Of a DNA stretch of 64,000 nt, positions 52,317 through 64,000 are shown piece by piece. Both the position numbers and the translations under genes were made by a program. Position 1 is the first letter of the stretch, and each line of letters begins with the position of its first letter. The stretch is taken from assembly GCF_006345805.1 (NCBI RefSeq), contig NC_043001.1, forward strand, positions 13,702,001-13,766,000, in the 5' to 3' direction. The DNA is from Octopus sinensis (lineage: Eukaryota). The notes below the pieces were generated by a model. The model was not told where the DNA came from. It ran no database searches and saw only the letters and a list, made by a program, of their open reading frames with translations.

Positions 52317-52358
<42 letters not shown>

Positions 52359-52400
52359 ACATATATACATACATATATACATGCATACATACATATATAC

Positions 52401-52469
<69 letters not shown>

Positions 52470-52471
<2 letters not shown>

Positions 52472-52796
52472 GCGTAGGAGTGGCTACGTGGTAAGTAGCT
52501 TGCTTACAAACCACATGGTCCCGGGTTCAGTCCCACTGCGTGGCACCTTCGGCAAGTGTCTTCTACTATTGCCATAGGCCGACCAAAGCATTGTGAGTGG
52601 AATTGGTAGACGGAAACTGAAAGAACCCCGTCATATATATATATATATATATATGTGTGTGTTTGTCACCCCAACATCGCTTGACAACAGGTACTGGTGT
52701 GTTTACGTCCCTGCAACTTAGCAGTTCGGCAAAAGAGTCCGATAGAATAAGTACTAGGCTTACAAAAAAATAAGTCCTGGGGTCGATTTGCTCGAC
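52470..52796 (+). mobile_element. SINE family B, 3'-truncated
   Basis: Head through GGGGTCGATTTGCTCGAC; tail motif absent. Confidence 0.85.
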
Positions 52797-53067
52797 ATGT
52801 AGAAAATATATTTATTATTGAGTATAATAATATAAACTATTTACATGCTTTTACTTACGAAACAATTTGTCCTGATATCTGAATTTCCTTATTGTAAAAT
52901 AAAATTTCATCAAACTATTTTTATGTTGTTTTTAACTTTCTACATTCCTTATCGGTTTCTCGTTTATCAGAATATATATTCGATACGTTTTGTAGAATGA
53001 TACATTAAGGAAATTTTTTTATGAGTACTACCAGATGACTTGAAGCCATATATTGTGACTTACATAG

Positions 53068-53118
<51 letters not shown>

Positions 53119-53190
53119 TATTTAATGATATATATATATATATATTTATTTAATTATATATTTATATATGTATATATATTTTTAATTTTT

Positions 53191-53222
<32 letters not shown>

Positions 53223-53512
53223 ATATTTATTTAATTATATATTTATATATGTATATATATTTTTAATTTTTTATATATATATATTTATATATTTAATTAT
53301 ATATATATATATATATATATACATATTTAATTATACATACATATATATATATATAAATACATATTTAATTATACATACATATATATATATATGTATTTAG
53401 CTCCAGGAAAACATATTTTCCAGTTTCCTTCATTCCTTCAGGCACAGCACACAGTTTGTGCCCGTAGAGCATATGTAAGGAAGGTCATCGCTCCCAACTC
53501 CAGCATTAAGTG

Positions 53513-53578
<66 letters not shown>

Positions 53579-53992
53579 AATGCTAGGGTTGGGAGCGATG
53601 ACCTCCCTTACACATACTCTACGTACATAAATTGTGTGGCAGTAGGCAACTGGAAAATTTGTTTTCCTAGAGCTAAGTAACCGTAACATGGTCCTTGTAT
53701 GGGGCTGTCGCATTATGTTGGCAAATATACTTTACCATTCGTCACTGTTGCCGTATATTTCTCGCTCGGAGATTTAAAACCTGATTTTTTCTCTTTAAGA
53801 GATCAGCGACTCTATGCGTCGCTTAAAAATATATAATATTTCATTCGATTTCATTATATCTTGTAAAATTTTAAAAGTCATATAATCACGGTGAGTCTGA
53901 CCCCAATCAGGGTGTATTGTCCCCATCCGTATTTCGCCCCTTGTGGGTAATAAAGAAATTAAATTAAAAATATATTGTATTTGTAAGGGTAG

Positions 53993-54815
53993 AGAGCCTT
54001 CATCATAACGAGGACCCAAAAGGCCAATTGGTGGGTATATGTCCTCGAAGCGACCCTGCAGTTATCTTTGGAAGACTTGCATAGTATAACGGAGGAAATA
54101 AAACTCCTGGAAGACACCAGACTTCGAATAACAGTAGAAGGAAGACCACCAACATGCTTCTTATGCGGCAAAATAAGGCACAGGAGAACAAGATGTCCCG
54201 GGAAGGAAAACGAAGGAGAGAAGAAAAGTGAAGAAAACAATACGGAAGTGGTGGTACGAATAAAAGAGACAGATAGAGTGAAGGAACCCTTCACAGTAAG
54301 TAAAGCGGAGGAAGAGAAAGGAACGGGTGAATTCTCTCCCAGGCAGTCAAAAAAGGCTAAAAGAGATTGTGATGAAAGAAAAGAGAAATAGGTGTGAAAC
54401 ACCAAGAGAAGCAGTAGTGAAAGAAGGCACACGGGGAAAAAAAACAGCATTACAACAGGGAGAAAGAGGAAGCGTTCATAAATTTGATTGTGATGTTTCT
54501 GCACACCCGAATAGATTAGGACGGGAGCCGAAGCAAGCAGAAGTAAAAAGGAAGAGATATAAGGGGCATTTGGTCACGTGTTCCAAAAGTAAAGAAATAG
54601 AGAAAACGATTGAAAAATATAAATCGGTAATAAGAGTAAGGATGCCGAGAGGAAAATACCCGGAATACACTAAAGGAATAGTCATAGATAAAGAGAGATA
54701 TTTGAAATTGAGAGAGATGTATGGACTTTTCATAGAACCGCTAGGGTTTGAAGTCGAGTTTGACGAACTCCCACCGGTCGTGGAATTCGATTTGAAACCG
54801 TTTATCAATATTTAA
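53993..54815 (+). pseudogene. Retroelement ORF1/gag-like pseudogene with a CCHC zinc knuckle (L1/Tx1-like), one break near 54390
   Basis: RITVEGRPPTCFLCGKIRHRRTRCP (CX2CX4HX4C), acidic/basic linker, then a C-terminal block ending DELPPVVEFDLKPFINI*. Confidence 0.7.
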
Positions 54816-56432
54816 AAGCATGTAAGTAAAATTTCTACTTCATATAAAAAAAAAGTTGAAAGAAAAAAAAAAAAAATGACCCCAAAAAACCAAAAGACTA
54901 AGAAAAAGAACAAGCTGAAAAAAAGAAAAAGACTGTAAGAACTTTTAATTGTAAAAAAGAAATCACGGTTTCGTCTCGGAGCGGGACAAAGAAAGCTGTT
55001 TCATATTCATTGTAATTTAATTCATTCTTTCATGTTTTTTGTTCCCGCCTGTCTGTGTATGTCCCCTCTGTATTCAGGCCTTGTGCCAATAATAAATAGA
55101 AACCGGTGATTGTCACTAATGGGTGTTGGTAGTGATTTCTTCGATGTGAGTTCGAATCGTTACATACTGATATTGTATGTTTGTTGTAGGTTTCCCGCGC
55201 GGGTGAACCGAGATTCGTTGGAATGTGTAAATTGTTGAATGTCAGTCACCTGTATAATCCCCGTCTGCGGGAGGTGAGATGGAGAGTGGACAAGGTTACG
55301 CAGCGGCAACGCCACAAGGAATAAATGCCAACCCTTTGGAAGTACAGGAAATAGAAATTGACACAAGAAACAGGAAGGAAGGAAATTTGTAAAAAAGGAG
55401 GGAGTCAGTCTAAAGCTGACTCCCCCAGAAGAACTGATGAACAGCATAGCGAAGAGGTCGATAGTATACGATAGTTGTTTACGTCCTCCAACAAGATAGA
55501 GTTCGCCCCCAACAAAAGAAATAGAGGAATGCCTCGAAAATATTTTAAAAATTGACCACGTTCTATATACGGGGAAAGAAGTATGGCTCAATAGAAGTAA
55601 GGTTTGGCAACGAAGAAAATGTCATAAACTACTCCACGGATCCGTTACGGACAACAAAATGACGAGCTGCCACCGGTCGTGGAATTAGATTTCAGACCTT
55701 TTATGAATATTTAAAAACAAGTAAGTAAAATTTGTACTTCATATAAAAAAGGAGGGAAATCGACTGTTAAAAAGTTTAAAGAAAAAAAAACGTTCCAAAG
55801 AAAAAGACTAAGAAAAAAAACGAGCTAAAAAAGGAAAAAAGAAAAGTCTGTAAGAACATTTAATTGTAAAAAAGAAATGACGGTTCTGCCTCGGAGCGGA
55901 ACCGAAAAAACTGTCTCATATCTTTATATATAAAAGTTAAGTTGTGTGTCTGTCTCCTACGATTTAGATTCCTAACTACTCCCACATTTTGCGGTGCAGT
56001 GTAACCAAAACCGGGTATCTTATAGTCGTGATTCATATCGAGCCCTTCTGGGTATTAGCGCGCGTGTACGATGAGTCTACGATTAAAAAAAAAAATACCA
56101 TCAATTTTTTCCATTTTAATGCATTTTTTCGCTATTATGTAAGGGAAGTAACTCTCTAAAAATGTCTACGATGAGTCAACGATTTTTAAAAGAATTTACC
56201 ATCATTTTTTTCCCATTTTTAATGCATTTTTTTGCTATTCTTTGGCTATAACTTTCTAAAAATGTTTATATAGTTATTTCCCTTACAAACCCGAGCAACG
56301 CCGGGCGATACTGCTAGTTCATTATAATTTAATTCATTGTAATTCATTCTTTCATATGTCCGTGCATGTCCCCTCTGTATTCAGGCCTTGTGCTTATATT
56401 AAAAACAAAACCGGTGATTGTCTCACACTGCG
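54759..56432 (+). repeat. Direct duplication of the ORF end plus 3' UTR (54759-55114 vs ~55660-56432, second copy split by a Helitron)
   Basis: GACGAACTCCCACCGGTCGTGGAATT / GACGAGCTGCCACCGGTCGTGGAATT through ACCGGTGATTGTC in both copies. Confidence 0.9.
55921..56317 (+). mobile_element. Non-autonomous Helitron, 5' type 1
   Basis: CATA|TC...CTAG|TTCATT; the paralogous empty site CATATTCATT at ~55005 confirms A/T insertion without TSD. Confidence 0.93.
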
Positions 56433-56714
56433 GTCGGGTAACTAGCCAGAAACCTAGGTCCGTGAGTATCACGTACGGCTAAAGACGGGAGCGATGCCCC
56501 CCCCCCATTTGCGTATACTATACGGGCACAAAATGTGTGTCGGTAGCCAATTTGAAAAAGATGTTTACCTGGAGCTAAATAACAGTAGCATCGTTCTTTA
56601 TAGGACTGCCGCATAATGTTGGCAAATAAACTTTACTATTCGATATTGTTACTGTATATCTCTCGCGCAGAGATTGAAAACAAGTTGTTTCTGTCTCTCT
56701 CTCTCTCCTTCTCC

Positions 56715-56950
56715 CCCCCTCTCTCTCTCTCTTTCTGTTTGTGCGTCTGTGTTTGTCCCCCCCCCCATCGCTTTACAACCGATGTTGGGTTGTTTACGTC
56801 ACCGTAACTTAGCGGTTCGGCAAAAAACCGATAGAATAAGTACAAGGCTTACAAAGAATAAGTCCTGGGATCGGTATGTTAGACTAAAGGCGATGCTCCA
56901 GTATGGCCGCAGTCAAACGACTGAAACAAATAAAAGAATAAAAGAATAAA
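56715..56950 (+). mobile_element. SINE family B, 3' half
   Basis: Body and (TAAAAGAA)n tail. Confidence 0.85.
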
Positions 56951-57105
56951 ATAATAAAGGAATATATATCTGAAAGTTTTGTGAAAAATTCTATGCCTCA
57001 ACAGCATCGTACCTCCATTAAAATATTTATTTGTCCATGTTTTATTCACACACACGTAGAGGCATAATAACATATGTGTGTGTGTGTATGTGTGTATATA
57101 TATCA

Positions 57106-57414
57106 CTGTGATCATCGTGACTGACCAGGCTATCAGATGTTGCTACACATCGCTGGTCACAATGCGCTTCGCATTGTTTTAGCCTTCAAGTGACGCCACA
57201 CCGCTGGCTAAGCGAGCAGGCCAACAGAAGAAAGAGTGAGAGTAAGTTGTGGCGAGGGAGTACAGCAGGGATCTCCACCACCCCCTGCCGGAGCCTCGTG
57301 GAGCTTTAGGTGTTTTCGCTCAATAAACATTCACAACGCCCGGTCTGGGAATCGAAACCGCGATCCTACGACCGCGATTCCGCTGCCCTAACCACTGGGC
57401 CATTGCACCTCCAC
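57106..57414 (-). mobile_element. SINE family C (tail type 3)
   Basis: C head and body; tail shared only with the 60650 copy. Confidence 0.88.
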
Positions 57415-57435
57415 GTGTATATATATATATATATA

Positions 57436-57666
57436 TTTCTTTACAACCCACAAGGGGCTAAACATAGAGGGGGCAAACAAGGACAGACAAAGGGATTAAG
57501 TCGTTTACATAGACCCCAGTGCGAAACTGGTACTTTATTTATCGACCCTGAAAGGATGAAAGGCAAAGTTGACCTCGGCGGAATTTGAACTCAGAACGTA
57601 ACGGCAGACGAAATACGGCTAAGCATTTCGCCCGGCGTGCTAACGTTTCTGCCAGCTCTCCGCCTT
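57436..57666 (-). mobile_element. SINE family A, single module
   Basis: Head, core and tail1. Confidence 0.88.
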
Positions 57667-57670
57667 TGCA

Positions 57671-57723
<53 letters not shown>

Positions 57724-58670
57724 TGTACATATGCATGTAAATAAGTATATAAATGTATGTGTAAATTTATGATTGCGTGACTGTTCGCGCGATCGTGTGT
57801 GTGTATGTGTATGTGCGCGCATGTGTGCGTAATTCTGTACGTTATTTTTGCCGATTACATGTCACAATGCAGTATACTCTCCGACTGTTAAATGGTGCAA
57901 ATGTTATTACTAGACCGAAGCTCACAGACAAGTATAACATGCAATCTGATTATATCTGAGATTTTTTGGTGAAAATTATTGAAGAGCATCGTTTAAAACC
58001 ATTTTAGAAATTATAGATATTTTTTCTGCATTTTTCTTTTTTTGCAAATGTCAGATGTCACTTCCAGCTCAGACGTTATTTGATGGCAAAACAGTGAAGT
58101 CCATCAGTGTTATTTTAATTATTTTATTTTCGATAATGCATTTAGAGGCTTTTATCCAATTTTAATTTAATTTGTATCAATTTTATATTGTTGCTATCAA
58201 TTATATTTCTGTAACTTTAATGCAGAAAATTTCCAACAGACAATTGCACGACTGGAAGGGAAAAAAATCTAACAACTGACAGCGGCAACGTGAGCCAAAG
58301 TTCATGTCTGCAAGTTCATACATTTGTCTTTCAATAAATGGTATCTTACATTTATTTGACGTGACAGTAGAGAAACTGATTAAAGAAAATTTTTGAGTGA
58401 CTGGGTGAAACATGTTTATGCATGATGTAATACTGGTAGTTTTAAACGCAGGGTGAAAAGGGCAGAGAACTGTGTGAGTATGGTACGGTGGTAGCGTGAG
58501 AAAGGACCGCCGTGATGTCGAAACAGCTTTATCAATTATCGAAAATGTAATGATTTCTGAATGTTAACGAAACATTCGATAATAGTTGTTGATAGTAAGA
58601 ATCAAGTGTATGCATCTGACTTCACTAAATATAGATACTCACAACAACAATACCAATTGCAGCACCAACA

Positions 58671-59048
58671 GTGGAGGCGCAATGGCCCCAATGGTTAGGG
58701 CAGCGGACTCGCGGTCGGTGGATCGCGGTTTCGATTCCCAGGCCTGGCGTTGTATGTGTTTATTGAGTGAAAACACCTAATGCTCCACGAAGCTCCGGCA
58801 GGGAGTGGTGGCGACCCCTGTTGTACTCTTTCGCTCCAGCTTTCTCTCACTCTTTCTTCTTGTTTCATGTCCCCGACCTCCTACGCAACCGCTGAGCCTG
58901 GATGCGCATTCATCCATCCGTCGATGCCCTCCGTGTCGGGGGTTGACCTGCTTTCTCTTCTGCGGGTCTTACGAATAGCAAAGGACCACGTTTCGGACTT
59001 CTCCCACTACTGGGACGAAGACCGCTTCGCTCAACAGCACAGCACAGT
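58671..59048 (+). mobile_element. SINE family C (tail type 4) with a 10 bp TSD
   Basis: AGCACCAACA at 58661-58670 and 59049-59058. Confidence 0.88.
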
Positions 59049-59735
59049 AGCACCAACAGCAACATTGGTACGAATAATGGCTAAATAAACAGGTTCAAAA
59101 CAATCATTGAATTTCGTCGATATCATCGACTGAGGTCCATGATATCGATCAACACTGCAAGAGGAAAATCAATATCCCCAGAATTTGAACTTAGAAGGTA
59201 AACAACCGGTATCAATACTGACATTCTAATGATTCAGCCAGTTTGTCATGTTAACCCCTTGACTCCGGTGTTACCCGAAGCATGCGAGACACTGTTCCGG
59301 TTTTGTTTTGTTGTTTTTTTATCCGAGGCCACACAAACACACAAATGCCAACGAGTTCGCCTCTATTTACGTTCACCGTTACGATAACATAGTCGGTATC
59401 TTTTCGGTTTGAACGGCAGTTTTTTTACATAATTTCTGGGTAACTACAAAAATTTTAAACTTCATATACTGGTAGAATATGTTTATAAAACATCTTTTTC
59501 TCTTGGCTTTATTGAGAAAATTCTATAGTTTGTAAGTTATTTGTTTTTTTTTCTTCAATTTCTGCAATTTCAACCAATCACTGACGTCTATTGAGGTAAA
59601 AAAAACTTTCTGTACCGTATGAATATGTCCCTCGTTTAAGAAACAGATTGGGTTTATTTACATTTGTGAAGAAAGAAAGATACCCTTCCCCCCACCCCTA
59701 ACCCTAACTAACGCTGACCTAACCCTAACCCTCAC

Positions 59736-59872
59736 TCTGCCTTTCATCCTTTCAAGGTCGATAAATTATGTACCAGTTACGCACTGAGGTCGATATAATC
59801 GACTTAATCCGTTTGTCTGCCTTTGTTTGTCCCTTCTGTGTTTAGCCCCTTGTGGGTAGTAAAGAAATAGGT
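59736..59872 (+). mobile_element. SINE family A, headless module
   Basis: Core plus tail1. Confidence 0.8.
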
Positions 59873-60110
59873 ATTATGCATGTAAAGTATCCGCATGTTA
59901 TTGGTCTACTGCTAGTCTCATGACTTGAACGTAATCTAAAATAGCTAAGATAATGCACGGGACGGCGAGTGCGCGCACCTCAAGAGATAAAGTACACGAT
60001 TGCGAACGCAAACATACATCACCGCTAAAAAGTCCGTGATAGATGTAGGGCAGCTCTACGTCGTATATTTACGTTAACCGCGGGTAGGCAAGCAAACATA
60101 TGTATGTATG

Positions 60111-60163
<53 letters not shown>

Positions 60164-60181
60164 ATATTATATTACATTATA

Positions 60182-60215
<34 letters not shown>

Positions 60216-60649
60216 CGTGTCGGTGTCTTGGTGTATGTGTGTCTGTGTGTCTGTATGCATACATTCGCGCATACAGCTGTATATACAACATAATATACAT
60301 ATGGATGGATGGATGGATGGATGGTAGGAAGGAAAGAAACGTTACTTACTGAACTCTGAGCAGGTAATCCAACACCTGATACAAATTTAATTAGTTCATA
60401 TTATTGATTCTATTATAACTGTTTGTTAATTCACTTTACTTCGCATTTATAACTATACACACACTGTTTTTTTTCTTTCTTTTATACTTTTGACTTATGT
60501 ATTTTGTTTTAACGCATTTCTAGTTCACACGATCTGATGTGAGCGCAACGCATTCAAAATCTGTGTGATTTTAGTGTTCTTACATAATATGCGCGTGCGC
60601 ACACATATTCACAATTTTAGTTATATATATACTTGCATATATATATATA

Positions 60650-60920
60650 TCACGTGGCCGACCAGTCCATCAGATGTAGTTACACATCGCTGGTCACAAT
60701 GCGTTCGCATTGTTTTAGCCTTCGAATGACGCCACCCTGCTGGCTAAGCGAGCAGGCCAACAGAAGAAAGAGTAGGAGAAAGAGTGGTGAAAGAGTACAG
60801 CAGGGATCACCCCACCCCACCCCTGCCGGAGCCTCGTGGAGCTTTTTAGGTCTGGGAATCGAAACCGCGATCCTACGACCGCGAGTCCGCTGCCCTAACC
60901 ACTGGGCCATTGTGCCTCCA
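60650..60920 (-). mobile_element. SINE family C (tail type 3), internal deletion
   Basis: Lacks the TGAGTGTTTATTGAGCGAAAACACC segment present in the 57106 copy. Confidence 0.85.
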
Positions 60921-60939
60921 CACACACACACACACACAC

Positions 60940-61001
<62 letters not shown>

Positions 61002-61394
61002 ATATATAATAAATTAATAAATAAATAAAACATATGCATATATACATACATATATGTACGTACCTACCTCTACATGTATATATATACATGCATATATGGG
61101 TACAGGACACCAAAATAACGTTGAACACAATGAGAAACGAAAACATAAACACAAAACCAAGGAAATGGACATTTTTCTTAAACAACAAAAAATAGAGTAC
61201 TGGACATACATACAAAACAAGGAAAATTCCCCTTCTTCAGTCGCATTAGTTTCATCTACTCCATTTTTTCGAAGGTTTTTTTGGTGTCCTGTACCCATAT
61301 ATGCATGTGTATATACATGTAGAAATAGGTACGTACATATATGTATATATATATGTATGTGTTTTATTTATTTATTAAGTTATATATATATATA

Positions 61395-61729
61395 TTTGTT
61401 TGTTCCTTCTTGAGCCATCCTTGGCTCATAAAGGCCCGTTTCCTAGTTTCCTTGGCGTAAAGGTTCCCCACCTGAACATGACGCCGGTCCGTTGCAGGTG
61501 AGCTGCAAGATGCAGGAGGAAAGAGTGAGAGAAAGTTGTGGCAAAAGAGTCAACAGAAGATGACCATTACCTTCTGCCGGAGCCGCGTGGAGCTGAGATG
61601 TTTCGCTCATAAACACTCACATCGCCCGGTCTGAGATTCGAACCCGCGGTCCCTCGACCGCGAGTCCGCTGATCTAACCACTAGGCCATGTGCTTCCACA
61701 TTCTAACCACTAGGCCATGTGCCTCCACA
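61395..61729 (-). mobile_element. SINE family C variant (tail related to type 1) with its first ~27 nt duplicated
   Basis: CTAACCACTAGGCCATGTGC(T/C)TCCACA occurs twice at 61675-61729. Confidence 0.82.
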
Positions 61730-61979
61730 TACATACATATGTATATATATATACTTACATATATATATATATACTTACATATATATTGATATAGACACAT
61801 ACATACATACATACATACAGAGGATTAATTTTTCGCAAGAGGCATCATGAAGATACGAATAAACCGATGTTAGAACTCTATGTACATATGTTCTAGAGCG
61901 AAGCGTCAGTCAAGTACAGGGCAGTAAGAAAAGAATTAGAATGACCAAAGGATAGAACAATTATGTTATAAACTTCGTT

Positions 61980-62060
61980 AGTTTACAGTTGTTTCGGCTA
62001 CAAAATACGGCGCACTCATAGGTGAATGCTTAAGTATGAACCTAGAGCCTCATCAGAGCT
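61980..62060 (-). ncRNA. Candidate minimal type I hammerhead ribozyme with intact core
   Basis: Minus strand AGCT-CTGATGA-GGCT..AGCC-GAAAC-AACT-GTA-AACT. Confidence 0.55.
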
Positions 62061-62125
62061 TCAAGCATGAAGTTAATAACATAATTGTTTATTCATTTGT
62101 TGTTCTAATTTCTCATTGATATACA

Positions 62126-62179
<54 letters not shown>

Positions 62180-62280
62180 GTATATATATACATACATACA
62201 TACATACATACATACACATATATATCAGGTATGCAAAGTGTACATACACCTCTAAATGCATATATAAATACAAAAAGTTG

Positions 62281-62511
62281 AAGGCGGTGAGCTGGCAGAG
62301 TCGTTAGCACGCCGAGCGAAATGCGTATCCGTATTTCGTCTGCCGTTACGTTCTGTGTTCAAATTCTGCCGAGGTCGACTTTGCCTTTCATCCTTTCGGG
62401 GTCGATAAATTAAGTACCAGTTACGCACTGGGATCGATGTAATCGACTTAATCTGTTTGTCTGTCCTTATTTGTCCCCTCTATGTTTAGCCCCTTGTGGA
62501 CAGTAAAGAAA
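62281..62511 (+). mobile_element. SINE family A, single module
   Basis: Head, core and tail1. Confidence 0.9.
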
Positions 62512-63525
62512 TATATATATATAAATACAGAGTGGATCAAGAACGCAACAGAAGTCAATAAAACATCAGGAAAGATAGACAATGAAAAGACGGACAGGAA
62601 TATATATATATATATGTAACTGGAAGTATTTTTCTTACCATTGTGAGAAACAATATGCACAGCACGAAAGCAAATAGGGAAACGGGATAAATAATATTAG
62701 TGGGAAGTAATGTCTGTATAATAGTTTCAAAATACAATAAATTGTTTTAATGAAGGACATAGTCGAACCCGGTGGAATTTGAACTCAGAATGAAAAGACA
62801 TAAAATTCCTCTAAGCATCATTGCTCGTCGTGCATACTGATTCAGGCCTCTCACCACCTTACGATTTGTGATATATTATCTAAGTATGTTATAAGCACAC
62901 ACATATGTGCTTACATATTCTTGTTTCTCTAAATTAAGATACTTGACACGTATATAAATGGTTTTATACTTTAGTGATCGTACTCCCAAAAGATACCATT
63001 AGGCGAATATTTCATAGGGTTAATTCAAACCATTTCACACATTAAAGTTTTCCACTTATAAAGTTTACTGTAGATTCAATGTATTTCATTGTTTTCACCG
63101 TTCAATTAGTTTAAATGTTTTGAACGTGACTAAATCAGATAATGTGCATGGAGTAACAAAAGCGATTTCACATTTCATATAAGTTACGAAATCTTGTGGT
63201 TTTCACAAATAGCTTCCTACAGCTTCCCAGCACCGCTTCTTTTCAATAAAGCATCTTTTTATCCCTCTTTGGTCATATATAATGTATGTCTCATGTAGCT
63301 GTCTTCTCACCAAATACTTGTTTAAGTATTGTAATTTACAGATACTCTTCACTGTAACACTGTCTACGCAAATACTTATAATTTACAGAGAGAAAAATCT
63401 AAATAGATGTAGATGATATGAAGTATATATTTAAGCACTTGTTCAAGTCTCATGGCTTCCCGGTAACGAATTTCTATGCAACACATGGATAGTTTATACT
63501 GTTTATGCTATTGTATTAGCATTAT

Positions 63526-64000
63526 AAGGCGACGAGTTGGCAGAAACGTTAGCACACCAGGCGAAATTCTTAGCAGTATTTCGTCTGCTATTACACTCTG
63601 AGTTCAAATTCCGCCAAGGTCAACTTTGCCTTTCATCCTTTCCGGGTCGATAAATTAAGTACCAGTTACGCACTGGGGTCGATATAATCGACTTAATCCG
63701 TTTGTCTGTCCGTGTTTGTTCTCTCTGTGTTTAGCCCCTTGTGGGTAGTAAAGAAAAAGGTATTTCGTCTGCTGTTACACTCTGAGTTCAAATTCCGCCG
63801 AGGTCAGCTTTGCCTTTCATCCTTTCCGGGTCGATAAATTAAGTACCAGTTACGCACTGAGGTCGATATAATCGACTTAATCCGGTTGTCTGTCCGTGTT
63901 TGTTCTCTCTGTGTTTAGCCCCTTGTGGGTAGTAAAGAAAAAGGTATTTCGTCTGCTGTTACACTGAGTTCAAATTCCGCCGAAGTCAACTTTGCCTTTC
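63526..64000 (+). mobile_element. SINE family A with at least three tandem modules (runs off the window)
   Basis: GAGTTCAAATTCCGCC at ~63600, ~63784 and ~63966. Confidence 0.9.

Noticed and set aside
55160-55591. 143 aa minus-strand ORF (and 53959-54504, 54476-54808)
   Set aside because: Antisense shadows of the plus-strand ORF1 pseudogene.
58452-58473. Possible micro-exon GEKGRE between CAG and GTGAGT (collagen-like)
   Set aside because: 22 nt with a weak acceptor; such matches are expected by chance and no partner exons were found.

Overview
AT-rich, microsatellite-saturated eukaryotic DNA. The SINE families and (TA)n/(CA)n density suggest an octopus/coleoid cephalopod genome (inference). 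I cannot support any host protein-coding gene, rRNA, true tRNA gene or CRISPR array; almost all listed ORFs are read-throughs of microsatellites or SINEs. The window is a transposon graveyard. It holds about 40 copies/fragments of three main tRNA-headed SINE families (here A, B, C, plus minor D/E), four non-autonomous Helitrons, a ~3 kb decayed hAT transposon with TIRs and several mariner fossils. Non-LTR retrotransposon pieces include a young 5'-truncated CR1/L2-type RT ORF, RTE, R4/Dong-type, RLE/HERO-type and three Penelope-like fragments. Most interesting: (1) several minimal type I hammerhead-ribozyme folds and long fold-back hairpins linked to Penelope-like ends; (2) a tandem pair of RT-less elements carrying a zinc-knuckle ORF1 with an unrecognised C-terminal domain, bracketed by direct and inverted ~200 bp repeats (53.4-56.7 kb); (3) a LINE whose 3' end matches the SINE-B tail; (4) tail swapping in SINE-C; (5) tandem amplification of an internal 185 bp module in SINE-A. 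All alignments and folds were done by eye; family names are provisional and non-exact boundaries are approximate.
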